Below, one piece after another: positions 8,148 through 18,289 of a DNA stretch of 64,000 nt. Position numbers and translations under genes: made by a program. Position 1 is the stretch's first letter. Each line of letters begins with the position of its first letter. The DNA is from a virus: positions 1-64,000 of the IMG/VR virus record IMGVR_UViG_3300023202_000205. The stretch is one strand, 5' to 3'. The notes beneath the pieces are model-generated. The model was not told the origin of the DNA and did no database searches. It saw only the letters and a list, made by a program, of their open reading frames with translations.

Positions 8148-9096
8148 GCTTAGTATGCCCCTTAATCAGGCCTTCAAGATCCTTGGCCGGCCAGAATTGC
8201 TTACCAAGGAGGCTTCGGTTAACGAGGAAGACTATTCGTTTTCAGACCGAAATGCAACCTTCCGCTCGTTCGTCACGGCACACGTCAAGCAGGCCGATGT
8301 CGACACCATTCGTCACTGTGTAGAGCACGCCGACTTCTGGGGCATCCGTGATGAGTGTGAAAAGGCTATCCAGAAGTTGGCCGAATGGAAAGCTCCGGAA
8401 ATACCGGAGGATGCCTACGCGCTGGTACAGCAGCATGGGGAGCAGTCCGTTCGGAAGTACGCTGCTTATGATGCTGGTAGTACCTTCGACGCGGCAATCG
8501 CCTTCCATGAGAACAAGGCCAAATACCCACTTTCCTGGCGCAAAGAGGCCGCTGTGCGGCTACTTTCGAAAGCAGCCCGATACAATGTACCCCTCCCGGA
8601 ATACGTTGAAAACGGCCTGCACAAGAGCGCTGGCTTTGGCTTCCCTACCAAGGAGTCAGTGGAAGAAGCCATGGTCTGTCGCCTGAACCATACCAAAACC
8701 GCTCAAGCAGAGGTCGGTGATAGGCTCAGTACGCTTCTTGAGCACATGATCGATAACCAACAACTGCGCTACGATGAGGGGTTCGTCAAACAGGCAGTGA
8801 ACGCTCTCGAGCAGTTCGATGCAACCACTGGTCTAACAAGTCGTTACGACTCTGACGTTAGTCTCCCTGAAGAGCTGTTGGCTACTACGACCAACGAGCT
8901 GGAGAAACTGGCTGGCATCAGCAAGCGCGCTGTTGAATTGGTCAACGGCCGTACGGTCGATATAGAGGATCTGACCAAAGAAGCCCTGTCTGCAATCGAC
9001 CCTGGGCTAGCCAAGATGGCTCAGGACGAACTGATCGACGTTCTTCCCACCCTTCCTAAAGGCGACGCGGACCTCCTATTCCGCCTTACGGAGTAA
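8146..9096 (+). CDS. Hypothetical phage protein rich in K-x-A motifs (probable head-associated protein)
   Basis: 316 aa with SD GAGG at 8135-8138. Contains LTKEAS, VKQAD, QKLAE, RKYAA, RKEAA, SKAAR, HKSAG, TKTAQ, EKLAG and AKMAQ. Confidence 0.6.
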   Translation: MLSMPLNQAFKILGRPELLTKEASVNEEDYSFSDRNATFRSFVTAHVKQADVDTIRHCVEHADFWGIRDECEKAIQKLAEWKAPEIPEDAYALVQQHGEQSVRKYAAYDAGSTFDAAIAFHENKAKYPLSWRKEAAVRLLSKAARYNVPLPEYVENGLHKSAGFGFPTKESVEEAMVCRLNHTKTAQAEVGDRLSTLLEHMIDNQQLRYDEGFVKQAVNALEQFDATTGLTSRYDSDVSLPEELLATTTNELEKLAGISKRAVELVNGRTVDIEDLTKEALSAIDPGLAKMAQDELIDVLPTLPKGDADLLFRLTE

Positions 9097-9100
9097 TGCC

Positions 9101-9469
9101 ATGTCTATGTACCAAAAGCTCGGACAAGAAGCACCTGATGACTTCGACTTCAGTGGCATTCCTGAGGCCTCTTACAACCCCATGACGAACCCCTATCTCC
9201 AAGAGGGGTATGGGGCGCCCACAGGCGTTGGAGCGGGCTTAGGGGCCGGCGCAGGTGCCCTCCTGGGCTATTTGCTGCGCGACCGTGACAGAGATGAAGG
9301 GGCCGGTGCTGCTCTTCGTGGAGGGCTCCTCGGTGCCGGGCTCGGAGGCCTTGGCGGCGCGGGGTACAACTATGCCTCTCGTGCAGGAGATGTTAGCGAT
9401 TCCCGAAATGCCATCCAGACACTCGTCAACACGCTGAACCAACGGGGCATCCCACACCCTCTCGGATAG
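9101..9469 (+). CDS. Glycine-zipper membrane-type protein
   Basis: GVGAGLGAGAGALLGYLL-RDRDRDE-GAGAALRGGLLGAGLGGLGG helical hairpin. Confidence 0.7.
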   Translation: MSMYQKLGQEAPDDFDFSGIPEASYNPMTNPYLQEGYGAPTGVGAGLGAGAGALLGYLLRDRDRDEGAGAALRGGLLGAGLGGLGGAGYNYASRAGDVSDSRNAIQTLVNTLNQRGIPHPLG

Positions 9470-9510
9470 TGTTCGCGTGAACACTCTTTCCCCTCTGTAG
9501 GAGCACTCTC

Positions 9511-10113
9511 ATGCCAGAAAACATCGGTGAAGCAGTCGGAGGAGCTCTCCAATCACTGCCGATCGACAAGATGATCAGTGCCCCATTGATGGCGGCCATC
9601 CAGGCTCAAGTACAGGCTTCGCACGCCTACAAGGAGTTCGTCGAGACCGTCGGCCTTGAAAAGGGTAAGGCGGTCATGATCCCTTTCGAGTACGAGGAGG
9701 ATCTTGTCGATGAAGCGGGCAACGTCACGGACACCCGTACCCGTCACTTCAAGGTACCTCTCCTGGCTCTGGTCAGTCATCCGAATCTGAATGTCGAGAC
9801 AGTCGATATCGAGTTCGAGATGACCATCGAGACCTCAGAAGAGAGCAAGTCTTCCACCTCTGGGGAAGCAAGCCTTGAGGCTAAGATCGGCTGGGGGCCC
9901 TTTTCAGTCAAGATCCACGGCAAGGTCTCTCACCACCGGGAACAGACTCGCAAGACAGATACCCGAGCCAAGTACTCGATCAAGACCACTGCCAAGCGTA
10001 CCGGACCCCCGGAAGGGATGATGCGGGTGTTGGACGCTATGGTTGACGAGGCTACAAGACCTAAGCTGGGTATTGCGAAAAACACACCTAGCCCTAGTGA
10101 TGCCCCCGAATAG
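9511..10113 (+). CDS. DUF2589-like protein
   Basis: LPIDKMISAPLMAAIQAQ...FKVPLLALVSHPNLNVETVDIEFEM pattern, recognised by eye. Confidence 0.7.
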   Translation: MPENIGEAVGGALQSLPIDKMISAPLMAAIQAQVQASHAYKEFVETVGLEKGKAVMIPFEYEEDLVDEAGNVTDTRTRHFKVPLLALVSHPNLNVETVDIEFEMTIETSEESKSSTSGEASLEAKIGWGPFSVKIHGKVSHHREQTRKTDTRAKYSIKTTAKRTGPPEGMMRVLDAMVDEATRPKLGIAKNTPSPSDAPE

Positions 10114-10123
10114 AGTGCCCAAT

Positions 10124-10435
10124 ATGCCTCCTCAAGTGAAGTCTCTGCAGTGGGAACGGATGACTCTCGTATATGAGTTTCTTCGCCCCTACCCAGAACC
10201 CTACGGATACGCTCTCATCAAACTGAACCCAGCAGCGGTCAAGTTGCTTCAAAATCTGGAAGAAAACGAGCCGAGCTATTGGCGAGACCAGTGGAGTGTC
10301 AACCTTGAAACGCTGTTGCATAGAGGTCTTCTTTTCGGGGTTCCACTAGCCGTGCTCGAAAAGGGTGGGGACACTCCCATACTGATATTCGACTCGCCAG
10401 ATGGCCAAGTACACCGCTACCAGCTGATTGTCTGA
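10124..10435 (+). CDS. Hypothetical protein
   Basis: Fills the gap between the DUF2589-like genes. ATG 10124 was chosen over the upstream overlapping start. Confidence 0.55.
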   Translation: MPPQVKSLQWERMTLVYEFLRPYPEPYGYALIKLNPAAVKLLQNLEENEPSYWRDQWSVNLETLLHRGLLFGVPLAVLEKGGDTPILIFDSPDGQVHRYQLIV

Positions 10436-10445
10436 GCAGGCTTCT

Positions 10446-11222
10446 ATGTGGCCATTCTCGTGGTTCAAGAAACGCCGGCAGAAGAAGCGAGAGGAGCTCC
10501 AGGTGACTGAAAGGTCCAAACTCTCCGCGCTTTTGACAGGTGTCATGTCAGCTGTTCAGAAAGCAGCGTGCACGGCTGGTCAGCAGAATCTCCACGTCCT
10601 CGACCACTACTTCTCGGAAGATGAGGAAACGGGGAAGCTCACCCCGCTCTATACGCGGATCCAAATAGCCCCCGGTAGAGTCATGGATATTCCGCTTATC
10701 ACACTTCTAGAGCCTTCCGGTTATGGTCTGGAAGAGCTGGAGATGGACTTATCCGTCCGCCTAAAATTAGACGAGGTCAAGAAAGCCATACACCGTACTG
10801 CGAAGAAGAACAACGTTCAGAAAGGGAGTTACAGCGTTGAGTTGTGCCCACGCGGGCAAACCGCTACTCGCCGACCTAGTGATGTCGTTGATGTGAAAGT
10901 GCGCTTCAAGTCCAGAGATGCTTCTGAAGGCCTTTCACGCATCATAGAAGACCTGAATAACACGATTACCCCCGTACCAGAAGACGGCGCGCCTGATCGG
11001 GAGACACTTACGACTAGCACCCGTAATCCCTCCCATGAACCAGAGGTCATCGAACCTTTCCAGGATGCTGATACTGAGGCCATGCCAGTGGTACTCGATG
11101 ACGACGAAAGCAGCGACGCTTTAGAGGCTAATGACACTGCGGAGGGCCATAGGCGCTACGAGAAGCCTAAAGAGAATGATGAGGATGAAGGGTTAGAAAC
11201 CGATGCCTATCCTGAGCCGTGA
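10446..11222 (+). CDS. DUF2589-like protein with an acidic disordered tail
   Basis: LSALLTGVMSAVQKA...LDHYF...MDIPLITLLEPSGYGLEELEMDL...EGLSRIIEDL is a paralogue-like pattern. Confidence 0.65.
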   Translation: MWPFSWFKKRRQKKREELQVTERSKLSALLTGVMSAVQKAACTAGQQNLHVLDHYFSEDEETGKLTPLYTRIQIAPGRVMDIPLITLLEPSGYGLEELEMDLSVRLKLDEVKKAIHRTAKKNNVQKGSYSVELCPRGQTATRRPSDVVDVKVRFKSRDASEGLSRIIEDLNNTITPVPEDGAPDRETLTTSTRNPSHEPEVIEPFQDADTEAMPVVLDDDESSDALEANDTAEGHRRYEKPKENDEDEGLETDAYPEP

Positions 11223-12159
11223 ACTCAAAGCTGCTGCCCAGCCCTACTTCTCTGGCGACAAAGAGTCCTTTGCGACAACGTTGGTAGCCGGTCTTTTACG
11301 CCTCTATGGTGTTGAAGCACTGGAATGGGATCCGCTGACTATCCAGATGGAAATCAAAGAGGACCTGGGGGTGGATATGCCTCGCCGGGTCTACGATAAA
11401 ATGATGGCACTCGTGTCAGCCCTCAAAACTGACGTGGTTTATAAAGACGTAGCCATCTTCGATGAAACAGTTAACGCGATGACTGGCAAGGGAGTTGGAA
11501 TCGATCGGGATATCCCATCGGTTGATGACGTTGCCTGGGTAGTCACTGAGCTTCGGATGAACGACCCAGAACCCGTTACTCGATCACCTGAGCAGCCTTT
11601 TAGCAGAGACATCCAAAAGTACGCCCGTGTCGTCTTAGATGATGAAGGTGTCGACATTGCTCCAGAAGCTCTGGACTTTGCCGCCAACCGACCTGTTAAG
11701 CAGGAGGGTATGGACGACCCGGAGTTTTACGAGGCCGCTTGGGGAAGCGCACAGGCAAAGGCCGACGAAATCGATAAATGGGTAGAAGGTATGGCAATCC
11801 AAATGATCCACCAGCTGATGAGTCTGGGTATCGACTTCCAAGCCAAGGAGGCCCGGTGGACTTCGGAAAAGAACAAGCTTGTTCACGTCGAGAAACATGC
11901 GCCTGAGTTCGATGGACCGGAGGGCTACCTCAAGGCAGAGGAGCTTTATAGCCAGAAGCCCGAAGGAATCGTCTCGTCAGAAAAGTCCTGTAGAGTAGGG
12001 CCAGATGGAGACGTGCGCTGTGCCAAGAAAACTCTCTTCGACGATGATACCGTGCGTGTATCTACAGAAGACGATGACCGCACCATAACGCTTTATAAAC
12101 GCTCCCCAATGCACCAGCACATGATTCAACTAGCTAAAGCACGGTCCGAAAAGAGCTAA
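11203..12159 (+). CDS. Hypothetical phage protein (C-terminal K-x-A motifs)
   Basis: 318-aa ORF coupled to the upstream gene. Contains AKEAR and EKHAP. Confidence 0.65.
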   Translation: MPILSRELKAAAQPYFSGDKESFATTLVAGLLRLYGVEALEWDPLTIQMEIKEDLGVDMPRRVYDKMMALVSALKTDVVYKDVAIFDETVNAMTGKGVGIDRDIPSVDDVAWVVTELRMNDPEPVTRSPEQPFSRDIQKYARVVLDDEGVDIAPEALDFAANRPVKQEGMDDPEFYEAAWGSAQAKADEIDKWVEGMAIQMIHQLMSLGIDFQAKEARWTSEKNKLVHVEKHAPEFDGPEGYLKAEELYSQKPEGIVSSEKSCRVGPDGDVRCAKKTLFDDDTVRVSTEDDDRTITLYKRSPMHQHMIQLAKARSEKS

Positions 12160-12424
12160 CGTTTACGATTAGTTTGTCTGCTCGAAGTAGCTTTTTCAGA
12201 GACTTGAGATCAGATTCAAACCGAGGGTTGTTGACCACTGATCGTATGATCTCTGAGCTGATAGGCTTACGCGCATCTCTCTTCCGGCAGGAACGGCATC
12301 CCTTCCTCTGACCACGTTGCTGACGTAGCTCTATTCTGAGTGGTCTGAGTGACCCCATCCAGTTGTAGACGCTGTTTCCTGCAAGACGTGTAAGGAACGG
12401 CACGTCCACCGATGTCGTAGCCAT
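12134..12424 (-). CDS. Small basic hypothetical protein (CxxC)
   Basis: TAATG overlap with the upstream gene. Contains GCRSCRK. Confidence 0.6.
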   Translation of the reverse strand: MATTSVDVPFLTRLAGNSVYNWMGSLRPLRIELRQQRGQRKGCRSCRKRDARKPISSEIIRSVVNNPRFESDLKSLKKLLRADKLIVNVSSFRTVL

Positions 12425-12810
12425 TAGGTAGCCGTAATCGTCACCGTAGTCACACTACCTAGGTCCTGCAGGGCCTGCTCGTCATCAGCAAGCTGCTTGA
12501 TACGGGCCTCTATGTCGGTCACTGCTTCATCCGCCAACTCAGCGGTCTCGAATGCTAGATCGAGAGAACTTTTACGAACGAATTGTTCGTCACCGGCTAC
12601 ATCAAAGTTGAAATCTCTCAGGTCGTTAGGCGTGGAGACATGGCTGTATTCAGCCACACCAGTGACCTGGTTGATCTCAAAGGTGAAGATACCGAAATCA
12701 GTGAAATCAGTGACCGCCGTTACCGTCATCGTCAAACGAACCGGCGTGGTAACGAAGTTCGGATCATTCGTCGTAGAAAGCTGCTTATCGAGAGTTACGG
12801 AAAATGTCAT
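12424..12810 (-). CDS. Virion structural protein (tail distal region), hypothetical
   Basis: Thr/Val/Asp-rich beta-type composition. Translationally coupled to the tail fibre gene. Confidence 0.55.
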   Translation of the reverse strand: MTFSVTLDKQLSTTNDPNFVTTPVRLTMTVTAVTDFTDFGIFTFEINQVTGVAEYSHVSTPNDLRDFNFDVAGDEQFVRKSSLDLAFETAELADEAVTDIEARIKQLADDEQALQDLGSVTTVTITAT

Positions 12811-14567
12811 ACTTCAGTCAACCCGTAGTACATGCTCAGAAGCCGGAACGAATCAGACGTCAGCGGACTCCCACTGGAGTTCTTGATTCGTACCAGTATC
12901 TGCTCGTTTTGCTGGAGAATCACATCCGCAAAGGGTCCGACGGTAACCAACTGAAGGTTGCCTGGCACACCCTCCGTAAAGGTAGCCTGGGTAATCCTCT
13001 GAAGCTGGGTATCCCCCATCGGTTGGTTAGGGATGAACCGGTAGAACTCGAGATCGACGTCCCCAGTAGTTGGTGCCGCGATGGGCGTATCTACCGAAGC
13101 GTGTAGCTTAACCGTCAGCTGATAGTCAGTTGCGGCTGTAAGGTCTGCCCCACCCAACACCAGAAAGTCGATAAAGTCGCTAGCATTTGGCCCAAGGCGG
13201 TGTCCGTAAGCCCCAATAGTCGTACCGGAAGTCAGGCCATTGGTTGTCAGAAGCTGCATCTTCTCTGTCGGATCAGGGTCACCCGGGTCCAGAAAGGTGA
13301 ACAGATGCTCCGCCTGTAACTCGACATCCAGGTTGATATCGACAAGGTCTTTAAACCCGGTAACGCTATTCCCCGCTGGCCCCGTAGCAGCAATGCCACG
13401 GTTCGCCCTCAGAGAAGTCACACCCAGGTTGGTAAGCACCAGATCGCCACGCCACCCATTAACTGCGTCCCCAGCTGTACCGACTACCTGCAAGTCGTCG
13501 CTATCACCGGATAGAGCACTGGTAACGGCGAAGGCGTCAGCTCCCCCAGAAACGAAGGAGTTCGTGACCTCTGTGATAACCAAGTCGAGCAACGTTGAAG
13601 ACGCGATGATACGCGTCGTCCAAAGAGTAACGTCGTCTGCACTGGACGTCGCGTTATAGTCGACTGGCCAAGGAGCGTTGCCGTAACTATCGTCCATCCA
13701 CCAAATACCGTACTGGTTGATGACGACGAGATCACCACCAAGGATAGTCCCGTTTTGTGCGAACTGAGCGTTACCCTCCGGGATAGCTGGGAACACCTCA
13801 TCCAGCTCAGTTTCACTAGCATGGCTGATATTGTAGCCAAACACAGCGCCAGAAGGGATCTGTACTCCTACCACAAACCCGGGGAAATACACCGCTGTAG
13901 CGGGGAGCCAACCCTGCTGGCCCGCGTCAGGCGTTGTAATGACGTGAGTTCCACCAAACGCCGGGTCAGTCAACGTGCCCGCCGGCTTGCCCAGCAAGGC
14001 CCTCTCGAAGTGTGCGTGTTCGAGAAAGGACCCAGGGTTGCCTAGGCGAACGAGGAGCTCCCCGTTACCAGACCCATCATCGATCATATGGCCGAGATAG
14101 ATTCCTGTGGTACCCATCTCAGTAGTCAGTTTGCCAGCGCTCGTACCAGAGAGGAAGATGTCACCATCAGCAAAGACACCGTCTTCGAACGCCGTAGCCC
14201 AAGTAGCTTGTGTAAGCGTCATCGACCCGCCTACGACGATATCACCCACGTTGCCACTCGCATTGAGTGCGACGCCTTGCCAGAACGCAGTCGGAGCAGC
14301 TCTACTCAGATCCGTCGAGTCGATATCCGCCAGGGCCCCTTTGAAGGTATCTGAGACATCGTCGAAGTAGACAGCTTCTCCCGGCACAACGGCCCCGTCC
14401 AACGCACGGTCCCGCAAAAGTAGCTGAGTACCGGCCTCCGCTGCCTCGATCTGATCCTTTAACCAGTCAGTACGGTTAGCGAGATCAGACAGAGGTACGT
14501 TGGTAACCGCTGCGTCAACGTCCGTGCCATTCGTAATGAACCGTACGGAAGGGGGAAAGGTCGCCAT
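12807..14567 (-). CDS. Tail fibre / baseplate-attached receptor-binding-type protein
   Basis: N-terminal VDAAVTNVPLSDLANRTDWLKDQ is a typical fibre-attachment segment. Gly/Thr/Asp-rich, and it follows the baseplate wedge genes. Confidence 0.65.
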   Translation of the reverse strand: MATFPPSVRFITNGTDVDAAVTNVPLSDLANRTDWLKDQIEAAEAGTQLLLRDRALDGAVVPGEAVYFDDVSDTFKGALADIDSTDLSRAAPTAFWQGVALNASGNVGDIVVGGSMTLTQATWATAFEDGVFADGDIFLSGTSAGKLTTEMGTTGIYLGHMIDDGSGNGELLVRLGNPGSFLEHAHFERALLGKPAGTLTDPAFGGTHVITTPDAGQQGWLPATAVYFPGFVVGVQIPSGAVFGYNISHASETELDEVFPAIPEGNAQFAQNGTILGGDLVVINQYGIWWMDDSYGNAPWPVDYNATSSADDVTLWTTRIIASSTLLDLVITEVTNSFVSGGADAFAVTSALSGDSDDLQVVGTAGDAVNGWRGDLVLTNLGVTSLRANRGIAATGPAGNSVTGFKDLVDINLDVELQAEHLFTFLDPGDPDPTEKMQLLTTNGLTSGTTIGAYGHRLGPNASDFIDFLVLGGADLTAATDYQLTVKLHASVDTPIAAPTTGDVDLEFYRFIPNQPMGDTQLQRITQATFTEGVPGNLQLVTVGPFADVILQQNEQILVRIKNSSGSPLTSDSFRLLSMYYGLTEV

Positions 14568-15112
14568 TAGTCAGCCTCCGTCGCCCACGTAGCCGAGATC
14601 TGCCCGCTACCAGCTGCTGGGATTTCCGGAGAGAGGTTCACGCGTGCGTACAGAACGTCCCCTGCCACAGCCCCCGTGGGTGCTGCTACAAGCCCAACAG
14701 TGCCTACCTTGGAGTTGCTGCCAGGCCCGAAGGAAACTCCCCCCTCTCCCGTAGCTGCTGAAGCAACTGCGCTGAAGGTAGCTCGATTGGAATTATGATT
14801 ACCATCTGCCGCGTCCAACTGAACAGGCTGGAGGATGGTGGCTCGGATGTAGTCTTGCGGAGAGCTCAGACCAGAGAAGAAAGTGACCGTGTCTCCTCGA
14901 TTAGGGGCAGCAAAAGTAGGCGACCCAGCCGTATTCTCAAACCCGAAGTACATGTGGCTAATGCGGTACTCAGGGTGCCCCGCCAGCAACTGGGCGATGA
15001 TATCACCACCTGTGTAAACAACGAGGTTCCGCATCTCTACGGAATCCCCTACCTCATTCCAGACGCGAACGTGACCGGTCAGCATCTTCTTGAGGGTCAG
15101 GATATCGCTCAT
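14567..15112 (-). CDS. Baseplate/tail collar-type protein
   Basis: NLVVYTGGDIIAQLL...ISHMYFG pattern, located between the wedge and fibre genes. Confidence 0.55.
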   Translation of the reverse strand: MSDILTLKKMLTGHVRVWNEVGDSVEMRNLVVYTGGDIIAQLLAGHPEYRISHMYFGFENTAGSPTFAAPNRGDTVTFFSGLSSPQDYIRATILQPVQLDAADGNHNSNRATFSAVASAATGEGGVSFGPGSNSKVGTVGLVAAPTGAVAGDVLYARVNLSPEIPAAGSGQISATWATEAD

Positions 15113-16626
15113 GAGATCACCACCAGTGGGGTATAATCGAAGTATGTGAGATCCGTACCACTACCCGGCACGGAGATCACCTCCGTCGTTATGGTTGTAT
15201 TGTAGCCGTACTCGACGCTATCGGAAGTCTCGGTGCCTAGGTCATAGACATCTGCCTGGTCGTCAACTAGTTGCTGTAAAACGAATAACGTATCCTGAGG
15301 GAGCAGAAGTCTTGCCCGGTCATGGAAAGAGCCGGGATCGAGCGGCATATCCGACAATTGGACCGATGCGACGAACAGGCTATTGTGAAGTAGGTCGGTA
15401 ATGATTCGGTCCATGGGGTTGACAGCGTCCCCCGTCGGACCCGGCGTCCCCGGTATCGAAAGCCCGTAAAGCGTCTGAAAGTCGATACTGTTCGCCGTCG
15501 CAAAAGTGTCCACGTCTACCCAGAACTGCTCAACCAGGTCGTCGTTACCACCTACAGGGAACCGGAATGGGGACGGTCTACTAGCGTCGTAAGTCCACTG
15601 AGTATCTATGTTGGCGAAGGTCAGCTCTGCAACCACCCCAGTCGAAAGAGGTACCCTCAGAAGAAGCCCCGGCAGTACCGAGAAGCTGGCTGTTGTCGTG
15701 TCAGGGTATTCCAGAAACGTGACACCGTCTGTGAGCGGCTGCCCCTCCCGGACCTCATCACCCGGGGAGACCACCGCGCTCACGTCAGCGTCAACCGCCT
15801 TATAGACCGTCGCGTCCGTAGAGATGAGTAGCTGATAGCCATCAGTATCGACTCGCTGGATCTGATCGTCCTGCTCTGCAAAAGGGAACCCCATCGCAGT
15901 CATCAAGCCCTGCTTGTACCTACCAATACTTGGCCCCAGTAACACCAACTCCCAGATGTATTTCAGGGTTTCCGCATACTTATCGAGGGTCTCGCGGTCG
16001 TACTTGACCACCCAGCCAGTCCAGTCAAAAGGTACGTTCAGGTCCAGTAGTGGGTTGCGCATCCAGAGAACGATATAGAGCCGCCCGCTGGTCTGGTCCG
16101 TCTTGGCCGGAATAAGCGTGAAGGGATCGACTGAAAAGACCACTTCCCCCGACTGCTGATCATAGCTGAACTGAGACTGGTCGATCACTACCAGAGGCTC
16201 TGTAACCGCGTCCGTAAAATTGGTTATTTCCCGAAAAGGTCTCGACGGGAGCAGCCGGTAGCTAGGTGTACCGCTCTCTTCTCCATATTGAATCAGAGGT
16301 GGACCCCCATACACGAACCCATCACCATATTGATGGATCGACTGATCCACGAGCCTGTCCTGGAAGAGCACCAAAGGAACCCAGGGTATGTTCAGCGCAG
16401 CTTCTTGCGTGTGGCCTGTCTCATTTTCAGGTACGGTCTGGGCATTCAGGAAGTGCTGAGCCTTGGCATGAATGCTTAACTCGCAGAGCAGGCTTGCCCA
16501 CATCTGGTAGTGCACCAGGTCCTCGGTAGTCTGACTGACCTCTTCCCGCCAAAAGGAGTCTAGCAACGCCCAGGTCTGGTTGGGGTCGATTAGCGCTGCC
16601 CTAATCATGGTGTCGTGGTCAAACAA
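15109..16626 (-). CDS. Baseplate wedge subunit (P2 gpI-like position)
   Basis: Synteny directly after the J-like gene, with coupled start/stop. Confidence 0.5.
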   Translation of the reverse strand: MFDHDTMIRAALIDPNQTWALLDSFWREEVSQTTEDLVHYQMWASLLCELSIHAKAQHFLNAQTVPENETGHTQEAALNIPWVPLVLFQDRLVDQSIHQYGDGFVYGGPPLIQYGEESGTPSYRLLPSRPFREITNFTDAVTEPLVVIDQSQFSYDQQSGEVVFSVDPFTLIPAKTDQTSGRLYIVLWMRNPLLDLNVPFDWTGWVVKYDRETLDKYAETLKYIWELVLLGPSIGRYKQGLMTAMGFPFAEQDDQIQRVDTDGYQLLISTDATVYKAVDADVSAVVSPGDEVREGQPLTDGVTFLEYPDTTTASFSVLPGLLLRVPLSTGVVAELTFANIDTQWTYDASRPSPFRFPVGGNDDLVEQFWVDVDTFATANSIDFQTLYGLSIPGTPGPTGDAVNPMDRIITDLLHNSLFVASVQLSDMPLDPGSFHDRARLLLPQDTLFVLQQLVDDQADVYDLGTETSDSVEYGYNTTITTEVISVPGSGTDLTYFDYTPLVVIS

Positions 16627-18289
16627 GGGTCACCGTCACACGCTCGGAATCGGTGGTGAAGTAGGTATTCCCAGGAGAAACCTTTGAGGTGGTGTTGGTA
16701 GGAATAGACAGCCTCCCACCTACGGGGGAGATCGAGATGTTCGTCCCATCTTGCCCGTAGATCGTCGCGTTCAACGATACGGACTGAACAGTCAAAGTAG
16801 ACTCGATATTACGCAGAAGAGCTGCGATAGTCAGGGAGTCGACAAAAACCGTCCTCACGGGAAGCTGGTTGATTTCCGAAACCAGAGAAGCGGCTAGCGA
16901 ATCACCATCGGGCCCGTTGTAGTCAATCGGCTTCTGTGCTACCACACCAACGGTGGTGATGGCGGGTACTGCCGCTTTCACGAGAACATCGGTACCAGGT
17001 GGCCGGAAAGCGTCCGACGTCATAGCGGTGTCCTGCTCCAGGGTACTTGGCTGATATTCCGTAGTTACCTGATAGGTGTCTTCCACTTCCTGACCAGGAG
17101 CCGTCAGGGTGACAATGAAGCCGCTACCATCCTGGCGATCATCGGTAAAGTCGATCTGAATTTGCTGACGAGCGGAAAAGGCCCTATCAACTTCTTCAGG
17201 CAGCTCCGGGTTGAACCCGTCTGGGTCAGTCCAGGTCACGTGCGTAATCGAGTCTACGGTAATCGTGCCAGAAACGATTGTAGGTGGGGTGGAAAGAAAT
17301 AGTGGGATGAGACCAGTACGGTAGACACCCGCGCTTTGCTCACGGGTCAACGTGATCCTCAGCGTACGAGCGACGTCATCCTGTACGATAGCCGTTACGT
17401 CACTATAACTCGTTTGAGCAATGGCCCCTGACTTAACGTATACGTCAATTTTACCCCCAGTTGGGAGGTTGAAGACGTTATCACGATCCCGGGTCATCAA
17501 GGCGTGCCCAGTTCCAATCGTATTAGCATCAGATCGCTGAACAGTATGCTCAGCGACTGCTTGGATGTTATCCTGTCCACTTACGGTGAGCGCCGTAATA
17601 CCTTCAAGGGCTCTACTGACGAATTCAGCATTCGTTTCAGCTGCGAACCCACCGGAGAAATTAGTAACCGCCTCAACGAAGCCAAGACCGTCAAACCCCT
17701 GGTCAACGGTGAGACGATCACCCGCTACTAGAACAGCATCTGGGGTAGCCTCGATGGACTCGATGGGAATCTCAAAGCGGTACTCAAACCCTGTTTCAGA
17801 ATCGAACACCTGCTGGATCTCGACGTTGGTCTCAATAGAAAAGTCAATACCCGTTGTACCAACCGGATAAACGCTGAACGTACTTCCTAGCTGATAACTC
17901 TGATTAGCGGTCCTCAACCTATAGCCTGATTGAAAACTGTAGTTGATGTTGTCCCGTACAACGAAGACCACTGTACCAGTCGCTGGGGTGTCATCCCGTC
18001 GGGTAAGGAAGTAATTCGCCATCAAACGGTCGACATCCGCGTCCTCTACGGTCACTTCCCCGTTGGAGATAGCCTGTAGCTGCTGAAACAGAAACGCCTG
18101 GTCCACGTCAGCATCGTTACGTGCCGAGATGACGGCATTTCCGTCTACCAGAAGACTGTCAATAGGTCCACCGACCGACAAATCGAATGTTGGAAAACGC
18201 TCCTGAAGAATGGCTCGATTGGCTTCTGTAGCAGCATCCAAGTCGGCCTGGGTCAGGTTTTCATCAATGGCTTCTGGCTCGGTAGTCAC
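16619..18289 (-). CDS. Baseplate J-like wedge protein
   Basis: FPTFDLSVGGPIDSLL...NYFLTR...PATGTVVF...AVTNFSGGFAAETNAEFVSR motifs. Confidence 0.85.
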   Translation of the reverse strand: MTTEPEAIDENLTQADLDAATEANRAILQERFPTFDLSVGGPIDSLLVDGNAVISARNDADVDQAFLFQQLQAISNGEVTVEDADVDRLMANYFLTRRDDTPATGTVVFVVRDNINYSFQSGYRLRTANQSYQLGSTFSVYPVGTTGIDFSIETNVEIQQVFDSETGFEYRFEIPIESIEATPDAVLVAGDRLTVDQGFDGLGFVEAVTNFSGGFAAETNAEFVSRALEGITALTVSGQDNIQAVAEHTVQRSDANTIGTGHALMTRDRDNVFNLPTGGKIDVYVKSGAIAQTSYSDVTAIVQDDVARTLRITLTREQSAGVYRTGLIPLFLSTPPTIVSGTITVDSITHVTWTDPDGFNPELPEEVDRAFSARQQIQIDFTDDRQDGSGFIVTLTAPGQEVEDTYQVTTEYQPSTLEQDTAMTSDAFRPPGTDVLVKAAVPAITTVGVVAQKPIDYNGPDGDSLAASLVSEINQLPVRTVFVDSLTIAALLRNIESTLTVQSVSLNATIYGQDGTNISISPVGGRLSIPTNTTSKVSPGNTYFTTDSERVTVTLV

